Below, piece after piece: positions 26,785-39,718 of a stretch of 64,000 nt of DNA; within the stretch, counting starts at the first letter, position 1; every line of letters begins with the position of its first letter. The stretch is taken from positions 12,462,001 to 12,526,000 of the forward strand of contig OZ024762.1 in NCBI GenBank assembly GCA_964016885.1, read 5' to 3'. The notes under the pieces are model-generated. The model was not told the DNA's origin. It ran no database searches and saw only the letters and a program-made list of their open reading frames with translations. A program made the position numbers and the translations under genes. Source of the stretch: Eledone cirrhosa. Its lineage: Eukaryota.

Positions 26785-27250
26785 GGCAGGTAGCTAAGTG
26801 GTTAGGGTGTTCTGTTTGGTTGATGGCTGTAAGGTTGTGGGTTCAATTCTCAACACAGCATTGTGTCCTTAAACAAGATATTTTATTTGACATAGTTCCA
26901 CTCCACTCCGTCGGCAACGACGACCAGTCTTCCAGTTGATCTGATCAACGGAACAGCCTGCTCATGAAATTAACGTGTAAGTGGCTGAGCATTCCACAGA
27001 CACGCATAGTCTTAATATAGTTCTCAGGGAGATTCAGTGTGGTACAGAATGTGACTAGTCTGGCCATTTGAACTATAGGTACAACTTATCTTTGACAGCT
27101 GAGTGGACTGGAGTGATGTGAAATAAAGTGTCTTGCTCAAGGACTCAATGCGCCACCAGGAATCGAACTCACAGCCTTAAGATTGTAAGCCAAATACCCT
27201 AACCACAAAGCCACGCGCCTTCACTAACTACTCAACTGGCAAAAATGAGA
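26785..27250. mobile_element. Two nested or opposed SINEs (a + strand head and a - strand full copy)
   Basis: + strand A/B boxes at about 26790-26850. Minus-strand copy at about 26910-27224 ends CCACGCGCCTTCA. Confidence 0.7.
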
Positions 27251-27847
27251 TGTGACAACTGTAATTAAGATTTATATTCCATTAAACTTTATAAGGGTGA
27301 TAAAAAACCCACAGGAGAGGAGGGCTAGACAGGTCTTCAGATTAGAAACCCTTCTCAAGTGAGTATTTCAGCCAAGGAGGGCTAGACAGGTCTTCAGATT
27401 AGAAACCCTTCTCAAGTGAGTATTTCAGCCAAGGAGAGACAGCAGAAGGTCTTCAGACAAGAGCAACTCTCCCCCCTCTCACACACGCACACACCCCAAG
27501 CAAGTGCTTCAGTCCTTAACTTCTTACACACTAAGGAGGCAAAGCTGCACCGTACCCAAGTGATGACCCCTGGGTGGCCTTCTGACTTTTAGCCATTTGG
27601 ATATCAGAGGGTTGTCATGTATTTCAACAATATTAAGATTTTGTTGACAGGATCTAGTTGAGACATCTCTTTGTTGCCTTGGCTTTCAAACTTATATTTA
27701 AACACCTTCTTAAGTTGGGGAAAAATACCTGTATTTTATTTTACTGAGCTGTTTATAGAAAAACCAAACACAAGATTAAAGATAAACAATAAAAAAACAA
27801 CAGAAAATGAAAAGAATTAAGCTATGGAAGAAAGGAAGGGGGGCAGG

Positions 27848-28222
27848 ACAGACACTACACCCCAGTCAGGGAAGTGTCTCAGACACTACACCCCAGTCTG
27901 GGAGGTGTCTCAGACACTACACCCCAGTCTGGGAGGTGTCTCAGACACTACACCTCAATCTGGGAGGTGTCTCAGACACTACACCTCAGTTTGGGAGGTG
28001 TCTCAGACACTACACCCCAGTCAGGGAGGTGTCTCAGACACTACACCTCAGTTTGGGAGGTGTCTCAGACACTACACCTCAGTCAGGGAAGTGTCTCAGA
28101 CACTACACCCCAGTCTGGGAGGTGTCTCAGACACTACACCTCAGTTTGGGAGGTGTCTCAGACACTACACCCCAGTCTGGGAGGTGTCTCAGACACTACA
28201 CCTCAGTTTGGGAGGTGTCTCA
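27848..28222. repeat. 31-bp tandem repeat, about 12 copies, each with an internal inverted repeat
   Basis: Unit CAGACACTACACC(C/T)CAGT(C/T)TGGGAGGTGTCT with AGACAC/GTGTCT arms. Confidence 0.95.
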
Positions 28223-28409
28223 GCCACATCCGACTGACAAAAATAAAGGTGTTGTTGCAGAGAATGGCCAGATACACCCGCTGCACCAGCCACACTACAT
28301 TACAGAGCTCGCTCCTCAAGTGGGCCACAGTCTTTCCAATTTACAGAAGAAATTAGCAGTATGGGAACCAAAGATGCCACAGGTTTCAATGGAGACCCGT
28401 ACAAAAAGG

Positions 28410-31400
28410 AAGGGGTCAGTCAGGCCCCAGTATTTAACTATATTCATCCCCTCTGTAGTAATGTGGAGACCAAGGACACCAGAGATCTCAACAGATACCA
28501 GCACAAGGAAACTAAGGGTCAGTCAGGCCCCAGTATTTAACTATCTTCCCCTCTGTAGTAATGTGGGGACCAAGGAAACTAAGGGTCAGTCAGGCCCCAG
28601 TATTTAACTGTCTTCCCCTCTGTAGTAATGTGGGGACCAAGGAAACTAAGGGTCAGTCAGGCCCCAGTATTTAACTATCTTCCCCTCTGTAGTAATGTGG
28701 GGACCAAGGAAACTAAGGATCAGTCAGGCCCCGGTATTTAACTATCTTCCCCTCTGTAGTAATGTGGGGACCAAGGAAACTAAGGGTCAGTCAGGCCCCA
28801 GTATTTAACTATCTTCCCCTTTGTAGTAATGTGGGGACCAAGGAAACTAAGGGTCAGTCAGGCCCCGGTATTTAAATATCTTCCCCTCTGTAGTAATGTG
28901 GGGACCAAGGAAACTAAGGGTCAGTCAGGCCCCAGTATTTAACTATCTTCCCCTCTGTAGTAATGTGGGGACCAAGGAAACTAAGGTTCAGTCAGGCCCC
29001 AGTATTTAACTATCTTCCCCTCTGTAGTAATGTGGGGACCAAGGAAACTAAGGTTCAGTCAGGCCCCAGTATTTAACTATCTTCCCCTCTGTAGTAATGT
29101 GGGGACCAAGGAAACTAAGGGTCAGTCAGGCCCCAGTATTTAACTATCTTCCCCTCTGTAGTAATGTGGGGACCAAGGAAACTAAGGGTCAGTCAGGCCC
29201 CAGTATTTAACTGTCTTCCCCTCTGTAGTAATGTGGGGACCAAGGAAACTAAGGGTCAGTCAGGCCCCAGTATTTAACTATCTTCTCCTCTGTAGTAATG
29301 TGGGGACCAAGGAAACTAAGGGTCAGTCAGGCCCCAGTATTTAACTATCTTCCCCTCTGTAGTAATGTGGGGACCAAGGACACTAAGGGTCAGTCAGGCC
29401 CCAGTATTTAACTATCTTCTCCTCTGTAGTAATGTGGGGACCAAGGAAACTAAGGGTCAGTCAGGCCCCAGTATTTAACTATCTTCCCCTCTGTAGTAAT
29501 GTGGGGACCAAGGACACTAAGGGTCAGTCAGGCCCCAGTATTTAACTATCTTCTCCTCTGTAGTAATGTGGGGACCAAGGAAACTAAGGGTCAGTCAGGC
29601 CCCAGTATTTAACTATCTTCTCCTCTGTAGTAATGTGGGGACCAAGGAAACTAAGGGTCAGTCAGGCCCCAGTATTTAACTATCTTCCCCTCTGTAGTAA
29701 TGTGGGGACCAAGGACACTAAGGGTCAGTCAGGCCCCAGTATTTAACTATCTTCCCCTCTGTAGTAATGTGGGGACCAAGGAAACTAAGGGTCAGTCAGG
29801 CCCCAGTATTTAACTATCTTCTCCTCTGTAGTAATGTGGGGACCAAGGAAACTAAGGGTCAGTCAGGCCCCAGTATTTAACTATCTTCCCCTCTGTAGTA
29901 ATGTGGGGACCAAGGAAACTAAGGGTCAGTCAGGCCCCAGTATTTAACTGTCTTCCCCTCTGTAGTAATGTGGGGACCAAGGAAACTAAGGGTCAGTCAG
30001 GCCCCAGTATTTAACTATCTTCCCCTCTGTAGTAATGTGGCGACCAAGGAAACTAAGGGTCAGTCAGGCCTCAGTATTTAACTGTCTTCCCCTCTGTAGT
30101 AATGTGGGGACCAAGGAAACTAAGGGTCAGTCAGGCCCCAGTATTTAAGTATCTTCCCCTCTGTAGTAATGTGGCGACCAAGGACACTAAGGGTCAGTCA
30201 GGCCCCAGTATTTAACTGTCTTCCCCTCTGTAGTAATGTGGGGACCAAGGAAACTAAGGGTCAGTCAGGCCCCAGTATTTAACTATCTTCCCCTCTGTAG
30301 TAATGTGGGGACCAAGGAAACTAAGGGTCAGTCAGGCCCCAGTATTTAACTGTCTTCCCCTCTGTAGTAATGTGGGGACCAAGGAAACTAAGTGTCACTC
30401 AGGCCCCAGTATTTAACTATCTTCCCCTCTGTAGTAATGTTGGGACCAAGGAAACTAAGGGTCAGTCAGGCCCCAGTATTTAACTATCTTCCCCTCTGTA
30501 GTAATGTGGGGACCAAGGAAACTAAGGATCAGTCAGGCCCCAGTATTTAACTGTCTTCCCCTCTGTAGTAATGTGGGGACCAAGGAAACTAAGGGTCAGT
30601 CAGGCCCCAGTATTTAACTATCTTCCCCTCTGTAGTAATGTGGGGACTAAGGGTCAGTCAGGCCCCAGTATTTAACTATCTTCCCCTCTGTAGTAATGTG
30701 GGGACCAAGGAAACTAAGGGTCAGTCAGGCCCCAGTATTTAACTATCTTCCCCTCTGTAGTAATGTGGGGACCAAGGAAACTAAGGATCAGTCAGGCCAC
30801 AGTATTTAACTATCTTCCCCTCTGTAGTAATGTGGGGACTAAGGGTCAGTCAGGCCCCAGTATTTAACTATCTTCTCCTCTGTAGTAATGTGGGGTCCAA
30901 GGACACTAAGGGTCAGTCAGGCCCCAGTATTTAACTATCTTCCCCTCTGTAGTAATGTGGGGACCAAGGAAACTAAGGGTCAGTCAGGCCCCAGTATTTA
31001 ACTGTCTTCCCCTCTGTAGTAATGTGGGGACCAAGGAAACTAAGGGTCAGTCAGGCCCCAGTATTTAACTGTCTTCCCCTCTGTAGTAATGTGGGGACCA
31101 AGGAAACTAAGGGTCAGTCAGGCCCCAGTATTTAACTATCTTCTCCTCTGTAGTAATGTGGGGACCAAGGAAACTAAGAATCAGTCAGGCCCCAGTATTT
31201 AACTATCTTCCCCTCTGTAGTAATGTGGGGACCAAGGAAACTAAGGGTCAGTCAGGCCCCAGTATTTAACTGTCTTCCCCTCTGTAGTAATGTGGGGACC
31301 AAGGAAACTAAGGGTCAGTCAGGCCCCAGTATTTAACTATCTTCTCCTCTGTAGTAATGTGGGGACCAAGGAAACTAAGGGTCAGTCAGGCCCCAGTATT

Positions 31401-31980
31401 TAACTGTCTTCCCCTCTGTAGTAATGTGGGGACCAAGGAAACTAAGGGTCAGTCAGGCCCCAGTATTTAACTATCTTCTCCTCTGTAGTAATGTGGGGAC
31501 CAAGGACACTAAGGGTCAGTCAGGCCCCAGTATTTAACTGTCTTCCCCTCTGTAGTAATGTGGGGACCAAGGAAACTAAGGGTCAGTCAGGCCCCAGTAT
31601 TTAACTATCTTCTCCTCTGTAGTAATGTGGGGACCAAGGAAACTAAGGGTCAGTCAGGCCCCAGTATTTAACTGTCTTCCCCTCTGTAGTAATGTGGGGA
31701 CCAAGGAAACTAAGGGTCAGTCAGGCCCCAGTATTTAACTATCTTCCCCTCTGTAGTAATGTGGGGACCAAGGAAACTAAGGGTCAGTCAGGCCCCAGTA
31801 TTTAACTATCTTCCCCTCTGTAGTAATGTGGGGACCAAGGAAACTAAGGGTCAGTCAGGCCCCAGTATTTAACTATCTTCCCCTCTGTAGTAATGTGGGG
31901 ACCAAGGAAACTAAGGGTCAGTCAGGCCCCAGTATTTAACTATCTTCTCCTCTGTAGTTATGTGGGGACCAAGGACACCA
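28410..31980. repeat. 67-bp satellite, about 52 copies
   Basis: Unit GGGTCAGTCAGGCCCCAGTATTTAACTATCTTCCCCTCTGTAGTAATGTGGGGACCAAGGAAACTAA. Period checked at 28581 and 28648. Confidence 0.97.
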
Positions 31981-32276
31981 GAGGTTTTGATAGAGGAAGC
32001 AGTTGATCAAGCCTCAGTACTTAACTATCTTCCTCTTCTCCACATTGCAGGTAGAGGGGCCCAGCTTATATGTAGTGTTACCTCTTTAAACTGTAGGATG
32101 TGTTGTTGTTGTTGTTGTTATAGCCTGTATAACAGGTAAAAGCTTTGTCAATTGTATGTGAAAGTAGAAAAGAATCACACTTCAGATCCTAACTTCTACC
32201 TGTATATCGAAATACACATATACACGTATGTGTGTATTTATATAGATATAAATACACACATATACATGTGTGTATG

Positions 32277-32327
<51 letters not shown>

Positions 32328-32470
32328 ATATATATTTATATATATGTATATATATATGTATGTATATATATACGTATATATATATATATGTATGTATATA
32401 TATATATGTATGTATATGTATATATATGCATGTATATGTATGTATATATATATATGTATATATATATATG

Positions 32471-32546
<76 letters not shown>

Positions 32547-32883
32547 AAGAGTGTGAGAAATTTTAGTAGGATAAATTTTAAAAAGAAAGCTGTTTATAAA
32601 ATATTCCAGTTTAGGTTGTGACTTTTATATTTATATCAACACCTACATATAGAATGCTATCATTTAATTTTTATAATGAATAAATAACATTTTCGAAAAA
32701 TACATAAGTGGAAACAAAACAGTGCAATCAAATTTTTGCGGAAAAATATCTTACCTTCTCCAATAAAAGATATTACGTATTTTGCGAAATCCAGAGATTT
32801 TCAATAATGATGAGAAGTCGACCCTAAATATTACTAATAGCTTTTGGGAAAGCCATGAACGACACCGTATCTTTTTAACTTTG

Positions 32884-33199
32884 ATTTTGAAAGTAGGTTT
32901 ATAATTATCAATTTTCATTATACTTTTGTAGCTGTCTCAGTGGCCTAGTGGGAAGAATCATAGACGGGGGTGATCCTGGTCAGAAGTTCAATCCTGGTTG
33001 GGAGTAGGGTTCCTGGTAAACCTTTTCAGTTTTTTTTTTATGGGTTGTAAAATAAAAACTGAAAAAGGTTACATGTACCTCTTGAGCAGGATTGAACCCA
33101 AGGCCAGGGTCTCTACTGTCTCTGGTACTTAGCACTAGGCCACAGAGACTACTACGATAATCTTAGGAGAATTCATACTTATAAACCTACTTTCAAAAT
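32884..33199. mobile_element. Foldback/MITE-like element with 21-bp perfect TIRs and two convergent tRNA-like units
   Basis: ATTTTGAAAGTAGGTTTATAA (32884-32904) and TTATAAACCTACTTTCAAAAT (33179-33199). A and B boxes on both arms. Confidence 0.75.
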
Positions 33200-33260
33200 T
33201 GTTAGGAATTCACAACCTCATGATTGCCAATCCAAGTCTCTAACCACTCGCCCACACACC

Positions 33261-33392
<132 letters not shown>

Positions 33393-33422
33393 CAATTATG
33401 TAATAAACAAAATAAAATAATT

Positions 33423-33495
33423 ATTCCATTATCCAAGGTTTCACGAAGTTAGACGATTCTAACAGAAACGTCTGATATCGCTCATCAGAAGGAAT
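33423..33495 (-). ncRNA. Penelope-type hammerhead ribozyme motif
   Basis: Minus strand: ATTCCTT-CTGATGA-GCGA..AGACG..CGTCT..TCGT-GAAA-CCTTGG-ATA-ATGGAAT. Stems I, II and III are all discernible. Next to a (TA)n tract. Confidence 0.6.
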
Positions 33496-33758
33496 CTTTA
33501 TTTGGATATATATAGAGAGAGAGAGGGAGAGAGAAAATTACAGTAAGACTTGATAAAACAAAAAAACTTCTGCTCTGTACAAAGTTAAACTGTCCTATCA
33601 CTTCATCAGACATCCTAAATAGCCAACCAATAAATTACTGAAATATTTTACACACTGTGACATACAAAACTTTCAGTGGTGGTTTTGGTGGTGGTGGTGG
33701 AGGTGGTTATTGTAGTTATGTTTATACTAGTGGTGGTGTTGGTGGTGATGATGTTAGA

Positions 33759-34305
33759 TTGGCAGTATCGGTAGAGGGTCGGACGCCATGCTTTCCAGCA
33801 TAGTTACGTCCCTTTATGATCTGAGTTCAAATCCCGCCGAGGTTGACTTTGCCTTTCATCCTTACGGGGTCGATAAAATAAAGTACCAGTAATGCACTGG
33901 ATAATTGCTGGCCTTGTGCCTAAAGTAGAAACAATTATTTTTATTATTGGTGGGTTGGCAGTATTGGTAAAGGGTTGGACGCCATGTCAAACATGCGGCC
34001 CTTTACAAGCACACCTGCGGCCCGCACAAAGGTTTTTACAGCGTGGAGGTAATATAAATTTTTAAATATTAGTTGTCATGTGTGGCCCTCAGACAACACA
34101 TATGTGACCCGTGTGACCCCCGGGAACCCTCAGTTTGACATGACTGCTTTACAACATAGAGTTACGTCCCCTTTACGGTCTGAGTTCAAATCCCGCCGAG
34201 GTTAACTTTGCCTTTCATCCTTACGCGGGTGCCGATAAAATAAAATACCAGTAATACGCTGAGATAATTACTGGCCTTGTACCAAAAGTAGAAACAATTA
34301 TTATT
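33759..34305 (+). mobile_element. Two tandem SINE family B copies, the second interrupted by a MITE
   Basis: Same A/B boxes and core as the 20855-22545 cluster. Confidence 0.85.
33983..34146. mobile_element. hAT/Charlie-like MITE nested in a SINE
   Basis: Ends CATGTCAAAC...GTTTGACATG with repeated GCGGCCC subterminal motifs. It splits the SINE at GGACGCCATG|CTTT. Confidence 0.65.
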
Positions 34306-34360
34306 CTATCCAGACGTCCATTACAGTAATGCGGTGTGTCAATTATCTGCCCTTGATCTC

Positions 34361-34394
34361 TGACGTCATCTGACAAACGCCGAGCAAAATGGCG
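34361..34394 (+). promoter_or_regulatory. Palindromic CRE plus YY1-like motif, probable TSG101 promoter/TSS
   Basis: TGACGTCA (34361-34368) and CAAAATGGCG (34385-34394) in a unique, CpG-containing patch. Confidence 0.55.
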
Positions 34395-34588
34395 TGAATG
34401 AAGTCAGCGACTCATTCTTCTCTTTCAGTTTTTACTTGTCCAACGACTTCACAGTTTTTATCTTTTTTAAACAACACTTACATCCTCTCATATATATATA
34501 TATATATATCTGACAGTGTATATAATATATATATATATTTATATAGCCAGCAATAGAAGACCATTTACTACAGTCTACTTTTGAAAAG
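34380..34588 (+). other. TSG101: Probable non-coding first exon of TSG101 (start approximate)
   Basis: Follows the CRE/YY1 motifs and ends in the donor AAAAG|GTAACG. A matching acceptor TTGTAG lies at 38735-38736, upstream of the ATG. Confidence 0.45.
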
Positions 34589-34942
34589 GTAACGTACGAC
34601 ATATATATTTATGTATTTTATGGTAGAATATAGTCTTGATATGTCTCTTCAGTTTATTTTAAACACACATCTATCTAATATATATATAATTGTATACATA
34701 CACATATATATATAATTATACATACATTCATATGTGTGTGTATATATGTATATATAAGGCGTAATTAAATAAACATACATATACATAAGCATCTACCTTT
34801 TATATACACACTCATATATATATATATATATATGGCGTATTTAGATAAACATACATATAAACATCCAGCTATATATACCTACCCATACATATATAGATAA
34901 TTGTAGACATTTGTGTGTGTGTGTGTATATGTATATATACAC

Positions 34943-35187
34943 ACAGGGTGTCTCCCAAAAATGTATACACACTTCAACGTCATTCTAATAAATATTGTCT
35001 GTACAGGTAATCAGTGTATACATTTTTGGGGAAACCTGATGTCTGTCCAGATCTCATGAGAGTTTTTGATCACTATATATATATATACATATATATAAAG
35101 GGTGTCCTCCAAAGGTGTATACATACTTTGATTACCTGTACAGGTAATATTTATTAAAGTGTGAATACATTTTTGGGACACCTTGTA
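34943..35187. mobile_element. Two adjacent Tc1/mariner-like MITEs
   Basis: CAGGGTGTCTCCCAAAAATGTATACAC...TTTTGGGACACCTTG-type ends in TA-rich flanks. Confidence 0.65.
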
Positions 35188-35907
35188 TGTATGTATATAC
35201 ACACACAATCACAACAAAACACTCATAAACACATCCACCACACAACTTCACACCACACCACCACACACCACGCCACACTAAAACACACACCACACTACAC
35301 CACACCACACCACACCCCAACACACCACACCACACCACACAACACCACACCGCAACACCACCACACTACACCACCACACCACACACAACGCCACACCACC
35401 ACACCACACCACAACACCACACCACACCACACCACAACACCACACCACACCATTGTGTAACCCTACATTTATCTCCAGTTATAAAATATTCCACTCTTTC
35501 TATTGTCCTATAACATACTTTAATATAATTAACACAGGGATTCCTTGGGAAGGTTTACTTAAATAAAAGGGGTTCTTTGATAGGGGACAGGTTACAGCCC
35601 TTAATATAACTCTCCCTTAATTACTGTGAAAGTGTCTAATTAACATTCCAGGAATATTACCTTCCTGGACTTTCGTTTTCTGACGAAACTCACTACCTAA
35701 GATAATTAAAATAATAATTAGGAATTTGGTAAAGTTCATTAATGTAACTTTGTCGTTATTAAGTTTGCTGAACGTAACTTAACACAGGTTCTTGCTTAAT
35801 GTCATGATGGAATGATGGAAGTTTTTTCAGATGAATATAAATACTTTAACCCTTTCCTTACCATATTTCTAATGAAAGACACTGCCTCTTATGTTTATAT
35901 ATATATA

Positions 35908-36313
35908 TATCGCTGCCATGTCCTGCATCTCCAACAGACCAGTGTCTGTCCTTAGAGCATCAACATACGTTAACCTTGGTTTTCCTCTTCCAGTGTGTCC
36001 ATGTAGGGGCTCCCACAGGAGCACTGAGTGCAGTGTCAACTCTGGATGTCGGTGAGCATGTCCAGCTAACCTCAATCTCCTCTGTGTCACTTTTGAGCTG
36101 ACTTTTGGGATGCTCCCATACAGCTCTGAGTTTTTCATCCTCAGTGTATACTGATTGATGTTCAGAGCCATCCTCAGCATTCTCGTGTATCACCCATCTG
36201 AGTGAGTTTCTTGGTCAGTGTCCAAGTCTCAGCGATAATGAGGGACAGAGACCGCTGGAGAGAACTCGTCCATGGATCTCGGGAATTTTACCTGCCCTAG
36301 AAAGAAAAAAAAA
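35908..36313. mobile_element. RTE-clade LINE 3' fragment with an inverted 5' part
   Basis: Minus strand 35908-36233 reads ETWTLT...RRLRLAGH...GKPRLTYVD...QDMAAI. Plus strand 36231-36313 continues AIMRDRDRWRELV...* and ends in an A-rich tail. Confidence 0.85.
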
Positions 36314-36457
36314 ATATATATATATATACACTCTCACATACTATATATATATAGTGTGTGTGTGAGCCAATCCTCTGCGAAACAGGTGTAACAGGTCGAT
36401 ACACAAAAAAAAAAAAATGAATATATGTAAACGGAACTTTATAATCACCTTTATAAT

Positions 36458-36593
36458 CATTTCCTGATGATTTCCTTTGAATGAAACAGTTCTAGTCCTG
36501 TAGAAGCCATCTATATTAAACACGATGTTTACACTCTACTAATGTATTGAGTACCTTAGTTACTATGGTTACCCCCGATTGACCCGGGACTCA
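36458..36593 (+). mobile_element. HT-B right arm plus tail, with an intact hammerhead-like core
   Basis: CTGATGA-TTTCCTTTGAAT-GAAAC-AGTT-CTAGTCC, then the same tail as the 7891 and 14019 copies. Confidence 0.7.
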
Positions 36594-37424
36594 TATATAT
36601 ATATATATATATATAATCGAGTTTTGTAAAATAACGAACTTTCTAATTATTAAGCTTTTGTTGTTGTTTTTACATAACTTGGAATTCATGTAAAATTGTG
36701 ATGGAATGTTTTTTTTTAGATAACTCTAAACACTATACAATAAACAGCTTAGTATGGTGGGAGCAGGGTTGGGGGTAGTTTAGTAGGAAAAAGTGGGTGA
36801 AAGTAGTTGACAATTATGTGTCATGTTTAACATACTCTATCCACCTCGCTTATGAAAGTTGCTAATCCATCACCACTGAAATTTTATTTTAAGTGGTAGC
36901 ATTCCTGCGACAATTCATTTTCTTTAGACATTAAAAAGAAACATTATTCATGACAAAAAAAAAGGAAAAGGGGAACATTACTAGAAATCCTATAGGTTAT
37001 AAAATAAATAGGTTAGGATGGGTTGGGGTCTCAATAAGTAAACTAAACGACTAATTCTGGGGTTTTTTTAAATCAACAGAGACAACCTAGAAAGATTACC
37101 GATTTTTCCAACCCCTCCCTGTCGATTTTTCTATCCTCACCCCATATTGGGACTCAAAACTAATTACTTTTTGTATACAGTATTGGTAAGGCAAAAAATA
37201 TTTCAGATCCACCCTAGAAATATACAGTTTTCTATATGAACAACAATAAAAGTATGTTTATAATAAAGTTTCACACTGCCACCCTCTCCTCCCTTCTTTC
37301 CTCTCTCATTAATCTACAATTATTAATTATAAACTTAATTGGTGTATAATGTTTTTTTAATTGTAAATTTAAGAAGTTTTTTTGTTTTTTTTAATTATGT
37401 GTCTTTGTGGTTTGTGTGACAATT

Positions 37425-37685
37425 GTCAGGTTGTCACTTCTGTATGTTGTGTCCTTGAGCAAGACACTTTATTTTCACGTTGCTCCAGTCCACTCAGCTG
37501 TCAAATAAGTTGTACCTGTAATTCAAAGAACAAACCTTTTCACGCTGAATCTCCCTGAAACCATGTGAAGGGTGGACGTGTTTGTGGAACCCTCAGCCAC
37601 TTAACACGTTAATTTCACGTGCAAGCTGTACTGTTAATGAAAATAACTGGAACAATCGTCATCGGAACCGATGGAGGTCGTCACA
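37425..37685 (+). mobile_element. SINE (5'-degraded)
   Basis: GTGTCCTTGAGCAAGACACTTT...CAGCCACTT..CACGTTAATTTCACG, the reverse complement of the 26910-27224 body. Confidence 0.7.
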
Positions 37686-37835
37686 CTATTTCCTCTTTTC
37701 ATATCAACCTGCCCGAAACCGTCTCCCAACCTAATTTCAGGAGTCTTTTGTTACAAATATCATCTTAATCAACTATGACAATACACCATGTATATTTGTG
37801 TCTGTGTGTATGTATATATATATACATACACACAC

Positions 37836-37895
<60 letters not shown>

Positions 37896-38060
37896 CCATA
37901 TATATATATATATATATATAAGATTCATGACCTCGACGGCTAAGCTCTGGACGTATTGAGTACTATGGTGCGTTATGGTCCACCTGGTATCTTACCACAT
38001 CTTTGTTATATATAAGATATATATCATCATATATATATGTGTGTGTGTGTGCATATATTT

Positions 38061-38544
<484 letters not shown>

Positions 38545-38860
38545 CTTTACATTCTGAGTTTAAATCCTGCTGAGGTTAGCTTTGCCTTTCATCCTTATGG
38601 AGTCTATAAAATAAAGTACCAGTAACGCACTGGGGTCGATTTAATCGACCCCACCCCCCTAATTTGCTGGCCTTGTGCCTAAATCAGCAACCATTGTTAT
38701 TGTTGTTATTCTATTTCTGCTGTTCTATATTTGTAGGGATTAAAAGTGAGAGAAGGCAGTTGTGAAAGAAAATCCAAAGAAAGGGAAAAGTAGCTGTTGG
38801 TGTCAGCAGCCCCTATTAGAGTATATGTTCCCTGCTTCTTCTTCCTCACAATCCATCAAA

Positions 38861-38914
38861 ATGGGAGCAAATAATTATGAAGAAACCTTGAAGAGTTATT
38901 TTCTTTCTTTGAAG
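38861..38914 (+). CDS. TSG101: Tumor susceptibility gene 101 (ESCRT-I Vps23), first coding exon
   Basis: ATCAAAATGG Kozak-like start, MGANNYEETLKSYFLSLK|GTAAGT, phase 0. An in-frame upstream ATG at 38825 is an alternative start. Confidence 0.8.
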
Positions 38915-39286
38915 GTAAGTCTCTCTGTCTCTCTATATATATATATATACACAGAAGATCCATATGCCAAACCACTTCACACATGGGTGGACATGCATAG
39001 CCACCGGCATATCACAATGGTTGCATAACTGCACCTGTGATTGCGTAAGCAACTGACGAAGTACCCTCTTAAGTATTGGGGCAGACGTCATGCTTTCCAG
39101 CATAGTTACGTCCCCTTACGATCTGAGTTCAAATCCTGCCAAGGTTAACTTTGCCTTTCATCCTTACGGGGTTGATAAAATAAAGTACCAGTAATGTACT
39201 GGGTATTTGCTGGCCTTGTGCCAAATGTAGAAACAATTATTTGATATATATATATATATATCTTTTTTATTCTTTCTTTCACGCTC

Positions 39287-39406
<120 letters not shown>

Positions 39407-39718
39407 TATAATTGCTTCAGTAGATTTGTGGTTTACTGAGGAAGGTACCAAAATCAGCACTCTATGCTAAATGAGAGTGTATTTTGGGGGGAAAAAAGGT
39501 CTTGTACTCTCTGTCACTTAACACCAATAAAACTAAAGGAACCTCCAGGCTTGGGACAGACTTTCAACCTACAATGGACTAGCATCCTATCCAGGGGGGA
39601 AAAAGTCTTGTATTATCTGTCACTTAACACCAATGAAACTGGAGGAACGTCCAGGCTTGGAACTGAGTTTAACTTTAAATATTGAAACTTTTCATATCTC
39701 TGATATTATATTTTTCAG

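Noticed and set aside
27807-31980. CRISPR-like appearance of the 31-bp and 67-bp arrays (also the 41-bp array)
   Set aside because: No unique spacers, no cas genes, eukaryotic context.
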